Source: Nitrospirota bacterium (GTDB lineage Bacteria; Nitrospirota; UBA9217). Taken from it: a stretch of 64,000 nucleotides of DNA. This document shows positions 52,941 to 64,000 of the stretch, in pieces. The notes beneath the pieces were generated by a model. That model saw nothing but the letters and a program-made list of their open reading frames with translations, was not told the DNA's origin and did not search any database. Location: positions 704,001 to 768,000 of the forward strand of contig CAWBNQ010000001.1 in NCBI GenBank assembly GCA_963790205.1, given 5' to 3'. The first letter of the stretch is position 1. The number at the start of each line of letters is the position of its first letter. Both the position numbers and the translations under genes were made by a program.

Positions 52941-53177
52941 GATGTCTCCTTACCCAAGTTGTATATTTATAAATGAGCGTTAGGATTAAATATATAATAG
53001 GTTGCTGTTTAATACAAGGGTAAAAATGGCGTTCTCCGGCAGAGGTTCCCGGTTTCCGGAGGAGGCGGGGAGAAAAGCGGCCATCCCGTGGCTTGTGATT
53101 GATGCGAGTGACCCGAATCCTTCCGAACGGACCGGCGTCGGGGTGACCGCAGCCCGCCTGCCGCGGGTATGCACTCG

Positions 53178-55679
53178 TTACACGTCCATGGGGCTTGTCC
53201 ACTGGCCGTTAGTTTTGCAACACACGGCTACGCGTTTGACCGCGCTCAGCAGCGCTTGTTCCGCCGTCATGTTCCAGAGCTGTTTGATCACGTCCTGCAC
53301 GCGCGGCTTGATCTGGTCCCTGTCCTGAAGCGTGATCAAGAGCCCTCCGGCATGATCCGGTCCCGGCGCGACAATGGTCTCAATGCATGGCCGAATGTCC
53401 CTTTGGCGGTCCTCCCGCGTGGCCAGCACCGACGTCAATGATAAAAAATGTTTTACCCGCTCCGCGATATCGTCGGCAAGCGGCCCCGGCACGCTTACCT
53501 CGTAAACGTACCTCGCGATGCTGCCGGAAAGAGACGAGGTTCTTCTTGATATCATCCGCGACTCGAGGACCCGTATCCCTTCGGGAAGGGTGTTGTTCAG
53601 ATTCCCGGTAATCCCAGGCAGATCAACAAACGGATCGGTCTCCATGTCCAGGTATTCCGCCTCGCTCTCCATGCCGACGGAAAGGGCGGGGCCGAAGGAG
53701 ATTTTAGGATGAGGATTAAACCCCCGCGAAAATGCGACCGGTATGCCGGCGCGTGCCGCGGCCCGCTGAAAAAGCGTCATCAAATCGAGGTGGGAGAGAA
53801 AGCGGACCCTGCCGGTCTTGGAATATTTCATCCTGATGAGGGCCGTGAGCTCCTGCGGGCCAAGGTGCTTTATCGGCGCTCGCAGCGGCATGACCTGATT
53901 TTTTTCGAGGCCGGCGCCGGGAGCAGCCGGTTTTCCGAACGCCGCTGTTCCGCCGTCCTTGCACCCGATGCCGCAATGCCCGCATGCTTCACGGCAATTC
54001 TCCGTGAGCTCGGCTGCAAGCGCCAGCCGGTATTCCCGCTTCAGGAATTCCTTGGTGACGCCGCTTTGAACATTGTCCCACGGAAGTTCGTCGTCCGGCC
54101 CGAAGGTGCGGCAAGCATAGGCCGCGGGGTCCAGCCCGCACTTCCTGAAAGCCTCGGTCCACTTGGCAAAATCGAAGGCTTCGCTCCAGCCGTCGAACCG
54201 GCAGCCGAGGGCGCCCGCCTCCTCGAGCACCCGGCCGAGGGCCTGATCGCCCCGGGCAAATGCCGCTTCAAGCAGGCTTGTCTCCGGATTGTGGGGCTTC
54301 AGGCTGATGCCGCGTCTCCGGAGACCCTTCTCGAGGTAAGCCTGCTTTCTCCTGATTTCTTCGAGGGAAGCCTGGCCCATCCACTGGAAGGGAGTATGCG
54401 GCTTTGGCACGAAGGTGGACACGCTGATGTTGATCTGGACCTGGCGCTTTGATAATCGCTTGCCGCAGGCCAGCAGGTCAAGGCCGAGCCTGATGATGCC
54501 GTCCAGGTCTTCGTCCGTCTCAGTCGGCAGGCCTATCATGAAGTAGAGCTTAAGGACGCTCCAGCCGTTTTTGAAGATCGTTTCCGCGGCCTCCAGGAGG
54601 TCCCGGTCGCTTACCGGCTTGTTAATGACCCGGCGGAGCCGTTCGGTGCCCGCCTCGGGCGCCAGGGTGAAGCCGGTTTTGCGCGTTCCGGCGATGGCCT
54701 CGATCATCTCCGGCGTAAGGGTGCCGACGCGAAGCGAGGGAAGAGAAACCGAAATGCGGCCGTCCCGGTATTTTTCCATGAGCTCGACAACAAGGGGCTG
54801 AATGGCCGAATAATCGCCGGAGCTCAGGGACGCGAGGGAGAGCTCCTCGTAACCGGTGCACGCGAGGGACTCCTGCAGGAGGTTTTTGACCCGCTCGGGA
54901 CTCCGTTCGCGAAAGGGCCGGTAGATGATCCCCGCCTGGCAGAAGCGGCAGCCACGGATGCAGCCGCGGGCGACCTCCACCGTTACGCGGTCGTGAACCG
55001 GCTTCATGAGCGGAAGAATGGGCCTGTCGGGGTACGGTGCGGATTCTATGCTCTTGAGGTACCGTCGGCGCACCATTGTTTTTCCAAGGGCCGGGACGAA
55101 AAAGCCGTCGCGCTGCGATACCGCTTCCAGGAACTTCCGCCTGCCCGTGTGCGCCTGCTTCAGCTCGACAAGCTCATGGATCGCCTCCTCCGCCTCGCCG
55201 ATGAAAAAAACATCGATACAATCAGAGAGCGGACCGGGGTTCACGGCGCAGGGGCCGCCCGCGATGATCACCGGATGGACGTCGGCGCGCTCCGCCGAGC
55301 GCAGAGGGATCCGGGCGAGCTCAAGGCCGACAAGGATGTTGGAGTAAGACAGTTCGTACTGGAGCGTGATGCCGATGATGTCGAATTGCGCGAGCGGCAG
55401 ATTGGACTCCAGGCTCGTGAGCGGCCTGCCCGCTGCGCGCAGTTTTTTCTCATAATCAAGCCAGGGCGAAAAAACGCGTTCGCAGGCCGTGTCCTGCCTG
55501 CTGTTCAGGATAAAATAGAGGATCCGCAGCCCGAGATGCGACATGCCTATCTCGTAGGTGTCGGGAAAGAAGAGGCAGATCTTGGTCCTGACCTTCGAGA
55601 GGTCCTTGCGCGTGCTGTTGATCTCATTGTTGATGTATCGCGCCGGTTTGGCGACGAGGGGAAGAAAGTCTTCGTACAT
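53178..55679 (-). CDS. Radical SAM protein (TIGR03960-like) fused to a DUF2344-like domain
   Basis: FPDTYEIGMSHLG, RGCIRGCRFC, APEAGTERLR; C-terminal FLSHLD...GFNPHPK. Confidence 0.85.
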   Translation of the reverse strand: MYEDFLPLVAKPARYINNEINSTRKDLSKVRTKICLFFPDTYEIGMSHLGLRILYFILNSRQDTACERVFSPWLDYEKKLRAAGRPLTSLESNLPLAQFDIIGITLQYELSYSNILVGLELARIPLRSAERADVHPVIIAGGPCAVNPGPLSDCIDVFFIGEAEEAIHELVELKQAHTGRRKFLEAVSQRDGFFVPALGKTMVRRRYLKSIESAPYPDRPILPLMKPVHDRVTVEVARGCIRGCRFCQAGIIYRPFRERSPERVKNLLQESLACTGYEELSLASLSSGDYSAIQPLVVELMEKYRDGRISVSLPSLRVGTLTPEMIEAIAGTRKTGFTLAPEAGTERLRRVINKPVSDRDLLEAAETIFKNGWSVLKLYFMIGLPTETDEDLDGIIRLGLDLLACGKRLSKRQVQINISVSTFVPKPHTPFQWMGQASLEEIRRKQAYLEKGLRRRGISLKPHNPETSLLEAAFARGDQALGRVLEEAGALGCRFDGWSEAFDFAKWTEAFRKCGLDPAAYACRTFGPDDELPWDNVQSGVTKEFLKREYRLALAAELTENCREACGHCGIGCKDGGTAAFGKPAAPGAGLEKNQVMPLRAPIKHLGPQELTALIRMKYSKTGRVRFLSHLDLMTLFQRAAARAGIPVAFSRGFNPHPKISFGPALSVGMESEAEYLDMETDPFVDLPGITGNLNNTLPEGIRVLESRMISRRTSSLSGSIARYVYEVSVPGPLADDIAERVKHFLSLTSVLATREDRQRDIRPCIETIVAPGPDHAGGLLITLQDRDQIKPRVQDVIKQLWNMTAEQALLSAVKRVAVCCKTNGQWTSPMDV

Positions 55680-55695
55680 GAAACTCCTTAAAGGC

Positions 55696-55774
55696 AGGGA
55701 CCAGGGTACAGGGGCCGGGGGCCAGTGAAGCAAAGGCTGTTACCGAACCCTGGACCCTGACGCCCGGACCCTGA
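55696..55774. repeat. Heptamer inverted-arm repeat (CAGGGNC family)
   Basis: CAGGGAC CAGGGTA CAGGGGC CGGGGGC ... ACCCTGG ACCCTGA CGCCCGG ACCCTGA. Confidence 0.7.
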
Positions 55775-55776
55775 TG

Positions 55777-56907
55777 TTAGTAGAACAGCATAAACCGCCG
55801 CGTCTGGATATTCAGGAGCAATCCAAGGGCGAGGAAGGTGGTAATGATCGACGTCCCGCCGTAGCTCACGAGGGGCAGGGGGACGCCCACGACGGGCACG
55901 ATGCCTACCGCCATGCCCACATTGATGAACACGTAGAGCGATATCATGGACACGATTCCCCCGGCCATGAGCACGCCGAGGCGGTCTTTGGCGTTCTTTG
56001 CCGTGTCCACGCCGGCCAGCAGCAGCACGAGGTAGAGAATGACGAGCAGGGCCGACCCGATGAAGCCGCGCTCTTCGGAAAGCACCGCGAAGATGAAGTC
56101 CGTGTGGCGCTCGGGCAGAAAGGCCATCTGGCTCTGGGTGCCCTGGCGGAAGCCCTTGCCGAAGATCTGGCCGGAGCCGACGGCGATCTTGGACTGGTTG
56201 GCGTGGTAGCCGCTCCCGAGGGGGTCGGAGCCGGGGTCGACGAACGCCCGGATCCTGTTCTGCTGGTAAGGCTTGAACTTTCCCCAGATCCTGTGCCGGA
56301 CCGGCGGGACCAGGAACACCGCGGATGCCAGGGTCGCTCCGATAAGGAGCACGACGAAGACCGAGCGGACCCGTATCCCCGCGATCATGACGATCAGGGA
56401 AGAGGTAAGGAGCAGCATGAGCGCCGTGCCCAGGTCGGGCTGTTTCAGTACGAGCACCAGCGGGACCAGGACCATGGCCCCCGGGATGGCCAGGTCCCGC
56501 AGGCCGTAGCCTCCGCGTTTCGGGTCCTCGGCAAAGTACCGCGCGAGCGCGAGCGTCAGCGAGAGCTTGGCGAACTCGGACGGCTGGAATGCAAAGGGGC
56601 CGATTGCAAGCCAGCGCTGGGCGCCCATGCCGGTCTTGCCGAACGCCGTGACCAGAAGCAGGAGTACCAGCGAGACCGCATAGAGCACATAGGCGTAGCG
56701 GCCCACGGTGCGGTAGTCCACCATGAGCGCGCATAACATCACGACCACGCCGATCGCGAGCCAGGCGATCTGCCGGTAATACAGGGATGACGGCCCCTTC
56801 GGCGTATAGGTTGCGCTGTAGACCGTGACAAGGCCGATGAGCGCGATGGCGAATATGAGGGCAACCATGCCCCAGGGCAGATTAGCGAACCGCCGTTGAT
56901 CCAGCAT
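55777..56907 (-). CDS. rodA: Rod shape-determining protein RodA
   Basis: GAQRW, QPSEFAK, QPDLGT, PERHTDFIF, SYGGTS. Confidence 0.95.
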   Translation of the reverse strand: MLDQRRFANLPWGMVALIFAIALIGLVTVYSATYTPKGPSSLYYRQIAWLAIGVVVMLCALMVDYRTVGRYAYVLYAVSLVLLLLVTAFGKTGMGAQRWLAIGPFAFQPSEFAKLSLTLALARYFAEDPKRGGYGLRDLAIPGAMVLVPLVLVLKQPDLGTALMLLLTSSLIVMIAGIRVRSVFVVLLIGATLASAVFLVPPVRHRIWGKFKPYQQNRIRAFVDPGSDPLGSGYHANQSKIAVGSGQIFGKGFRQGTQSQMAFLPERHTDFIFAVLSEERGFIGSALLVILYLVLLLAGVDTAKNAKDRLGVLMAGGIVSMISLYVFINVGMAVGIVPVVGVPLPLVSYGGTSIITTFLALGLLLNIQTRRFMLFY

Positions 56908-58693
56908 TTTTCAGGTACTCCTCTATGACGCGCTTTGCGACCGGCGCCGCCGCACTGCCGCCGTGGACGCCGTGCTCCACGAGCACGGCCACGGCGATCT
57001 TCGGGTTGTCAGCCGGCGCATACGCAACGAACCATGCGTGGTCGGCGATTTTTTCCGATAGTTTTCTTCCCGCGACCTTCTGGGCGACCACCTGGGACGA
57101 ACCGGTCTTGCCGGCCACGATCGCGAGCGGGCTCTGCGCCCCATGGGCCGTGCCGCCCGGTTCATTGACCACGCCGACCAGCGCCTGGCGGACTTCCTCA
57201 AGCGCTACGGGATCGATTGCGATTTTGTTCTTGCGTACAGGGGCAAATGTTTTAATCTCGCCCGTCTCGCGGTTTCTGGTCTGCTTCAGGAGGCTGGGGC
57301 GATAGAAAATGCCTCCGTTCGCAATGGCACTGATCATCTGGCAGGCCTGGATCGGGCTGACCAGCACGAAGCCCTGCCCGATGGAATTGATGTAGGTGTC
57401 TCCCGGATACCACGGTTCTTTCATTCTTTTCCGTTTCCACTCCGTGGTGGGAATGAGTCCCGGCTTTTCGTCAGGCAGGAGGATGCCGGTCAGGCTTCCG
57501 TAGCCGAGCTCTCTTGCGTATTGGGCGATCCGGTCCCAGCCGATCCGCTCCCCCATGGTATAAAAGTACACGTCGCAGGACTGGACCAGGGCCTCGTGAA
57601 ACGAGATGGGACCGTGCCCGTCTTTTTTCCAGCACCGGAAGGTGTGCCTGCCGATCCTGAGCGAGCCCCTGCAGGTGATCTTTTCGTCGGGCTTGATAAT
57701 GCCCGATTCGAGGCCGGCGAGGGAGACGATGATCTTGAAGGTAGAGCCCGGCGGATAGACGCTCTGGATGGCCCGGTTGTAAAGCGGGTGAGAGGGGTCG
57801 TTCATGAGCCGGACCCAGTCCTTCGGGGCGATGCCCCGCGGGAAGAGGTTCGGGTCATAGTTGGGATGGCTTGCGAGCGCGAGGATCTCGCCCGAGTTCG
57901 GGTCCATGGCGACCACGGCCCCGGCGCGGTCGCCGAGCGCATCCTCGGCCGCTTTCTGCACGTCGAGGTCGATGGTAAGATAAATGTCCGTGCCGGGCTT
58001 GGGCTCCTCGATGCCGAGGTCCTTTACTTTCCTGCCCGCGGCATTCACCTGGATCATGCGCCTGCCGGCGATGCCGCGGAGATACTTGTCGTAAATCTTT
58101 TCAAGCCCGCCCTGGCCCGTGAGGAGGCCGATGTCCTGCTGTTCCTGCTTTCGCTGCGACGGCGATACTTTGCCGATATAGCCGAGCTGGTGCGAAGCGA
58201 GCCCGCCGTAGGGGTAATGCCTCCGATGCTCCGGCTCGACGATCGCGCCGGGAATCTCCTCCTGGTGGGCCTCGATCAGGGCGACATCGTCCCAGGGGGC
58301 CTCTTCAAGGATCTTTACCGGCTCGTATTTTGTCCTGATCGGAGCGGCCTCGTCCAGCGCCGCACGTATGGCCGCCGGGCTGAGCTTGATGGCGGACGCC
58401 AGCTTGTCGATCGTTGCATCGAGATCGGCCGCGTCTTCGGGAACGAGGGAAATATCGAAGGTAAGGACGTTCTCGACGATCGGCCTGCCGTAGCGGTCGT
58501 AGATGATGCCCCTCGGCGGCCTGAGTTTCACCGGCCTGATCCGGTTGCTCTCGGCCTGTTCCTGGTAGTAATCGCCTTTTACCGCCTGGAGATACCAGAG
58601 CCGGACCAGGATGACCACGGTGAAGAAGATGATGAATCCCGCCAGGAACGGGAGCCTTTTCTGGATATCGACGGGGTTGTCCTGCTGGAACAT
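56882..58693 (-). CDS. mrdA: Penicillin-binding protein 2
   Basis: PGSTFK, SCDVYFY, KTG; located in the mre operon. Confidence 0.95.
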   Translation of the reverse strand: MFQQDNPVDIQKRLPFLAGFIIFFTVVILVRLWYLQAVKGDYYQEQAESNRIRPVKLRPPRGIIYDRYGRPIVENVLTFDISLVPEDAADLDATIDKLASAIKLSPAAIRAALDEAAPIRTKYEPVKILEEAPWDDVALIEAHQEEIPGAIVEPEHRRHYPYGGLASHQLGYIGKVSPSQRKQEQQDIGLLTGQGGLEKIYDKYLRGIAGRRMIQVNAAGRKVKDLGIEEPKPGTDIYLTIDLDVQKAAEDALGDRAGAVVAMDPNSGEILALASHPNYDPNLFPRGIAPKDWVRLMNDPSHPLYNRAIQSVYPPGSTFKIIVSLAGLESGIIKPDEKITCRGSLRIGRHTFRCWKKDGHGPISFHEALVQSCDVYFYTMGERIGWDRIAQYARELGYGSLTGILLPDEKPGLIPTTEWKRKRMKEPWYPGDTYINSIGQGFVLVSPIQACQMISAIANGGIFYRPSLLKQTRNRETGEIKTFAPVRKNKIAIDPVALEEVRQALVGVVNEPGGTAHGAQSPLAIVAGKTGSSQVVAQKVAGRKLSEKIADHAWFVAYAPADNPKIAVAVLVEHGVHGGSAAAPVAKRVIEEYLKNAGSTAVR

Positions 58694-58696
58694 CTC

Positions 58697-59206
58697 CTAC
58701 TCCTTCTGCAGGGAACGGCGTAACAGCATCGCGGTGACGTTCTTGTCCTTGAGGACCCGCAGCATAAGGGTCCCGAGGAGCCCCGTGTAAAGCGCCTGGG
58801 GAATCATGAGGTTGAAGAACATGCTGATGAAGGGAACGTTCCCATAAAAGATCTGTATGAACACCGAGATGACGATCCCTTCCGCCAGGCAAAAGACCGT
58901 CAGGAAAATGATATTGGACGGACTCGCGATGTTCAGGACCCTTCCCCCGAGCACTCCGGCGCAGAGACCGAACAGGCCTCTCGTAAAGCCGTCCAATCCG
59001 ATGAGGCCGGCGGAACTTACATCCTGGACGAGGCCGAGGCCCATGCCTGCCAGCGCCCCTTCGGTCGGTCCGGTCAGCAACCCGATGATATAAATAAGCG
59101 CCAGGGGGAGATCCGGCTTAATGCCGAACAGGGAGAACGGGCTGAACAGACTCGCCTGCGCCGGAATGATGAGCAGGAGTATCATGAGATACACGCGGGG
59201 TTTCAT
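58697..59206 (-). CDS. mreD: Rod shape-determining protein MreD
   Basis: Hydrophobic, KPDL, GLVQD; position between mreC and mrdA. Confidence 0.85.
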   Translation of the reverse strand: MKPRVYLMILLLIIPAQASLFSPFSLFGIKPDLPLALIYIIGLLTGPTEGALAGMGLGLVQDVSSAGLIGLDGFTRGLFGLCAGVLGGRVLNIASPSNIIFLTVFCLAEGIVISVFIQIFYGNVPFISMFFNLMIPQALYTGLLGTLMLRVLKDKNVTAMLLRRSLQKE

Positions 59207-60009
59207 TTCCTCAGCACCAGCACTTCTTCCAGGCGGGAGAAGCTTACGACAGGTTCCGCGGCCACGGCTTGAAACGCACTGGCCTCTTGCTTTGTTACCT
59301 TGACCACTCTGGCTACGGGAAGACCCTTGGGGTAGATACCGTCGAGGCCGGAGGTGACGAGCAGATCGCCTTCCTGAATGTCCGCATAGTAGGAGACATA
59401 CTTGAGAGCGCACCTTGCGAGTGTGCCTTCGAGCAGTCCCTCTTCCCGGTTTCGCTGCACTCTGACGGCGAGCGTGCTGCCGGGATCGGTGAGCAGAATG
59501 ACCTTGGCGGTGCCGGGCAGGGCAACATGGACCTTCCCCACCACGCCCGCCGCGGTGATCACCGCCATGTCCTTGTTTATGCCGTCTTCGGCGCCTTTGT
59601 TGATCGTGACCGTGCGTGAAGACGGTGATGATTCCTTGCCGATGACCTGGGCAGTCACGGAATTCAGCGGCTGAAGTTTTTTGAAGCCCAGCAAATCACG
59701 GAGCCGGTCGTTCTCGATGAGCAGTTCATTGGTGATGGAATTTTCGAGCTTGAGCTGGTCCACTTCCATCTTCAGGCGCTCGTTCTCACGGTGAGTACGC
59801 ACCAGGAACGCGTAGCCCTGTCCAACCGACCCGACCGTGTTATACGTGCCCGTTATGAACCGTTCGAAAAAACCGGAAACAGCAAGGACCGGTTTTTCCA
59901 TGAACGTCAATCGCCCGGCCTTCACCTGAACGGTAACCAGCCAGAACAAGAGCATAAAGAGGAACAGCAGGGATAGTTTTATTTTGTTCTTTGCAATAAA
60001 CCCGGGCAT
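59203..60009 (-). CDS. mreC: Rod shape-determining protein MreC
   Basis: TM plus coiled coil, INKG, VTSGLDGIYPKG. Confidence 0.92.
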   Translation of the reverse strand: MPGFIAKNKIKLSLLFLFMLLFWLVTVQVKAGRLTFMEKPVLAVSGFFERFITGTYNTVGSVGQGYAFLVRTHRENERLKMEVDQLKLENSITNELLIENDRLRDLLGFKKLQPLNSVTAQVIGKESSPSSRTVTINKGAEDGINKDMAVITAAGVVGKVHVALPGTAKVILLTDPGSTLAVRVQRNREEGLLEGTLARCALKYVSYYADIQEGDLLVTSGLDGIYPKGLPVARVVKVTKQEASAFQAVAAEPVVSFSRLEEVLVLRK

Positions 60010-60012
60010 CGC

Positions 60013-61072
<1,060 letters not shown>

Positions 61073-61186
61073 TCAGGAATAAGACGGCCAATACGGAATG
61101 GTACGGAACCAGCGGATTCTTCGCGGGGCCCTTCTCCGTGACGAGCTCGTCAGTTTCTCTTGTCTCTTCTTGTGTCGCAGAATGTG

Positions 61187-61699
61187 TTATGCATTGGGCT
61201 GTGTCGCATCTTGCTCCCCGGATGCGCTCGAAGGCAGGTCCGGCTGCTGTTGCGGTTCTTGCACGGCCTCCGCCACGGCCCGGTCCGGCTGGACAACACG
61301 GGTCCTCGCCAGCATGTCGCCGATCCGCATTCCCTGATCGTCACCCACGGCGACCAGGCATTCCATGCCGACCGCCAGCGGACCGAGCACCCAGCCCGCG
61401 TAGGGTATTAAAAAAAGAATATAGGCCGCGGCGAACGGAACGTTTCTGAGGATCGACTCCCGGTAGGCAGGCGCCCCCACCGGGACGCCCTCCGCTGCCA
61501 CGCTGAGCCCGATCAATTTTTTACCGACGCTTTGTCCCTGAAACAGGCCGTCCCTGATGAGGATGTAGCCCAAGGCGGACAAAAACCCGAGGACATCCGG
61601 CAGCCTCGCAAGTCCGATGATGAGCAGGAGATCAACAAAGCCCGCGACAGCTCTGGTGGTGCGGTCCGCCTTTTGCATGAGCCTCCTAAGCCAAACCAT
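61187..61699 (-). CDS. RDD family membrane protein
   Basis: RAVAGFVD, GQSVGKKLIGL, RIGDMLARTRV. Confidence 0.85.
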   Translation of the reverse strand: MVWLRRLMQKADRTTRAVAGFVDLLLIIGLARLPDVLGFLSALGYILIRDGLFQGQSVGKKLIGLSVAAEGVPVGAPAYRESILRNVPFAAAYILFLIPYAGWVLGPLAVGMECLVAVGDDQGMRIGDMLARTRVVQPDRAVAEAVQEPQQQPDLPSSASGEQDATQPNA

Positions 61700-62045
61700 G
61701 ATAGCAGAATAAAAAATCTATTTCAAGGGTAAAAGTGGCGACGGTCCCGCAGAAGCGCTTTCAAGGCAGCCGAAATCCCCCCGGGAGGCATTCGCGTCGG
61801 CCTGGACGAAGGATATGCGAAAATAAGAGCACGTGCGAAGCGCCGCGGGAAAGGGGCGGGGAGCCAAAAGCCGCCGCCAGCCGGGAGCACTTTAATAAAA
61901 TGAATAGGAGCTTTTTTTTCGCATAAGGTGTATAGTATATCTTCCTGTCTGAACACAGAGAAGGGCGGCTTTCGACGACACGCGAATCCGCCTGTCTCAT
62001 GAACCTCGGACGCACGCATGACAGATTAAAGCCAAGGGAGGATCT

Positions 62046-62447
62046 ATGTTGGAAAAACTATCGGCCGGAGAGAATATTGCCTCGTATTGTACGAAGTGCA
62101 AACTGGTCATCGACCACGCCATCGTGGCCATGGACGGCGAGACGATCGTCAAGGTGAAGTGTAAGACCTGCGGCGGCGCGCACAAGTACCGGAGCGCCGC
62201 GGACGTCAAACCCGCCCGGACTCCCAAGAAAAAAGAAGACGCCGCAAGAACAGCGGAAGTTCTCTGGGAAACGTGCGTAGCCGAGGCGAAAGGGAAAGAG
62301 CGCGCGTACGACATGGCGGGAAAGTTCCGCGTAGGGGACGTCGTGCTCCACAATACCTTCGGCAAAGGCGTCGTGCGCAAGCTTTATTACAATAAGTGCG
62401 ACGTGCTCTTCAAGGACAAGGAACGCTTGATGGCGTCGGCGAACTGA
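62046..62447 (+). CDS. Conserved hypothetical zinc-ribbon protein
   Basis: CTKC...H, CKTC...H, GDVVLHNTFGKG. Confidence 0.75.
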   Translation: MLEKLSAGENIASYCTKCKLVIDHAIVAMDGETIVKVKCKTCGGAHKYRSAADVKPARTPKKKEDAARTAEVLWETCVAEAKGKERAYDMAGKFRVGDVVLHNTFGKGVVRKLYYNKCDVLFKDKERLMASAN

Positions 62448-62544
62448 TTCCATTTAAAGCAAAAACGGAAGGGGGAAGGCTGAAGGGGTTACATCATATT
62501 CCCGGCATCCTCCCTCCCTTCCGCTTTCGGCTTCAACCTCCTCC

Positions 62545-63715
62545 ATGCACAAATCCAAAATCCTCATCACCTGCGCCAAAGGCATCCCTCCGTTATTTAA
62601 AGCAAGAACTGCACGCCCTGAACTTTCCCCTCTGTTCCGAACTGGTTGCGGGCGTCGAAACGGAAGGCGTCTTCGATGATACGCTCCTCCTCAATCTTTT
62701 TCTTCGCACCGGGCACCGCGTGCTTTTCCCGGTGGCGGAATTCAAGGCGAATAATGCCGACGAGCTTTACCGGGAACTGTCCGCCGTCGCGTGGGAAGAG
62801 CAGGTGCCCGAGGACGGCTATCTCTGTGTGACCTCGAGCGTTGATAACCCGAGCATCAGGGACTCGCGCTTTGCAAGCTTGAAATGCAAGGACGCCATCG
62901 TGGACCGGATCAAGGAAAAGCGCGGCAAGCGGCCCGACTCCGGCCCGGAGCGCGACCGGTCCGTGGTGCATCTCTATTGGAAGGACGACCATTGCGTCGT
63001 GTATCTCGATACCTCGGGAGAAACGCTTTCCCGCCGGGGGTACCGCAAGATCCCGCTCACGGCGCCCATGCAGGAAACGCTTGCCGCAGCGGTCGTGCTG
63101 GCCTCAGGCTGGAACGGCGAAGGAAACTTCATCAACCCCATGTGCGGCAGCGGCACGCTCGCCATCGAGGCGGCGCTCATCGCTCTCCGCCGGCCGCCCG
63201 GCCTCTTGCGCAGCAACTTCGGGTTCATGCACATAAAGCGCTTTAACGAATCCCTCTGGAACGAAGTCCGGGAGAAGGCAAAGAAGCAGGCTGAGAAAGG
63301 CCTTTCCGGCAGGATCATTGCAACGGACATACGCCCCGATGCCGTGGAAGCGGCGAGGAAGAACGCGGCAACGGCCGGTGTGGAGCACTTGATCGAATTC
63401 GGCGTGTGCGATTATGCCGACACGCCGCTCCCGGACGGCGGCGGCGTTATCGTGCTGAACCCGGCTTACGGAGAGCGGATGGGAGAAGCGGCAACGCTGG
63501 AAGGGACCTACAAGGGCATCGGAGATTTTTTCAAGCAGAAGTGCAGGGGATACACGGGCTACGTGTTCACGGGAAATCCGGGTCTCGCCAAGAAGGTGAG
63601 CCTCAAGCCGAAGCAGAGCATTCCCTTCTTTAACAGCGGCATCGAATGCAGGCTGCTTGAGTATGAGCTGTACGAGGGGACGAGGAAGAAGAAACCGAAG
63701 GCATCAGCCGAGTAG
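62545..63715 (+). CDS. THUMP-domain SAM-dependent RNA methyltransferase (RlmL-like), apparent +1 frameshift near 62593
   Basis: MHKSKILITCAKGI in one frame joins YLKQEL... in another; LSRRGYR, NPMCGSGT, NPAYGER. Confidence 0.85.
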
Positions 63716-63848
63716 CAAAGTAATAACCGCATCGAGCCTCCTTTTTACCGCAGGGTCTCAAAAAAAAATCGTTTCAAATTCACTTCAGTTCTGATAAACT
63801 GCCGAAGAAAGAACGCACGATCCACCCAATCATCAGCGGGAGTTGGTC

Positions 63849-64000
63849 ATGTCTAAGCCGAAGATTCTCCTTGCCGAAAGCTCGAATATCGTCCTCCAGA
63901 TCGAACAGAGATGCCTGAGGGACGCCGGGGTGAGCGTATTCACCGCCGTCGACAGCGAAGAGACCCTGAGCACCGCGCGCAAAGTCCGGCCCGACCTGGT
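63849..64000 (+). CDS. Receiver-domain protein (partial, runs off the right edge)
   Basis: MSKPKILLAESS...VFTAVDSEETL...RPDL; the acidic pocket looks degenerate. Confidence 0.6.
   Translation, partial: MSKPKILLAESSNIVLQIEQRCLRDAGVSVFTAVDSEETLSTARKVRPDL

Noticed and set aside
61730..62030. Structured RNA between the RDD and zinc-ribbon genes
   Set aside because: Only short GC-rich hairpins; no identifiable RNA family.

Overview
Bacterial chromosomal window. The core is GC-rich; gene content and sigma54 use suggest a Nitrospirota/Desulfobacterota-like organism (inference only). Bases 1 to ~4836 are the visibly AT-richer right end of a genomic island that appears to have replaced the 3' end of yjbQ. 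The island carries a bacterial ubiquitination-like operon (Ubl, Cys-less E2, JAB-like N-terminus of a probable JAB/E1 gene that runs off the window edge). It is transcribed divergently from an XRE HTH, an IrrE/ImmA-like peptidase, a Hanks-type Ser/Thr kinase and a TPR protein. This is the best candidate for a new system: a Bub-like conjugation pathway with CapH/CapP-like control plus an extra kinase/TPR module. The rest is mostly core genome: a ParC/GyrA-type subunit, a c-di-GMP/partner-switching cluster, two sigma54-preceded small membrane proteins, dppDF, sigma54-preceded lpxC, deoC, acetate/acyl-CoA genes, tRNA-Val and tRNA-Asp, argGH-lysA-dapF-dapA-dapB, dsbC-like, dapL, folK, panC, rng, rodA-mrdA-mreDCB and a THUMP methyltransferase. 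Many intergenic spacers hold degenerate 7-mer tandem repeats arranged as inverted arms, and one encloses an IS200/IS605-like mini-element. Eight conserved genes each carry an apparent single-base insertion, most likely sequencing error. All calls come from reading motifs by eye; no database searches were run.
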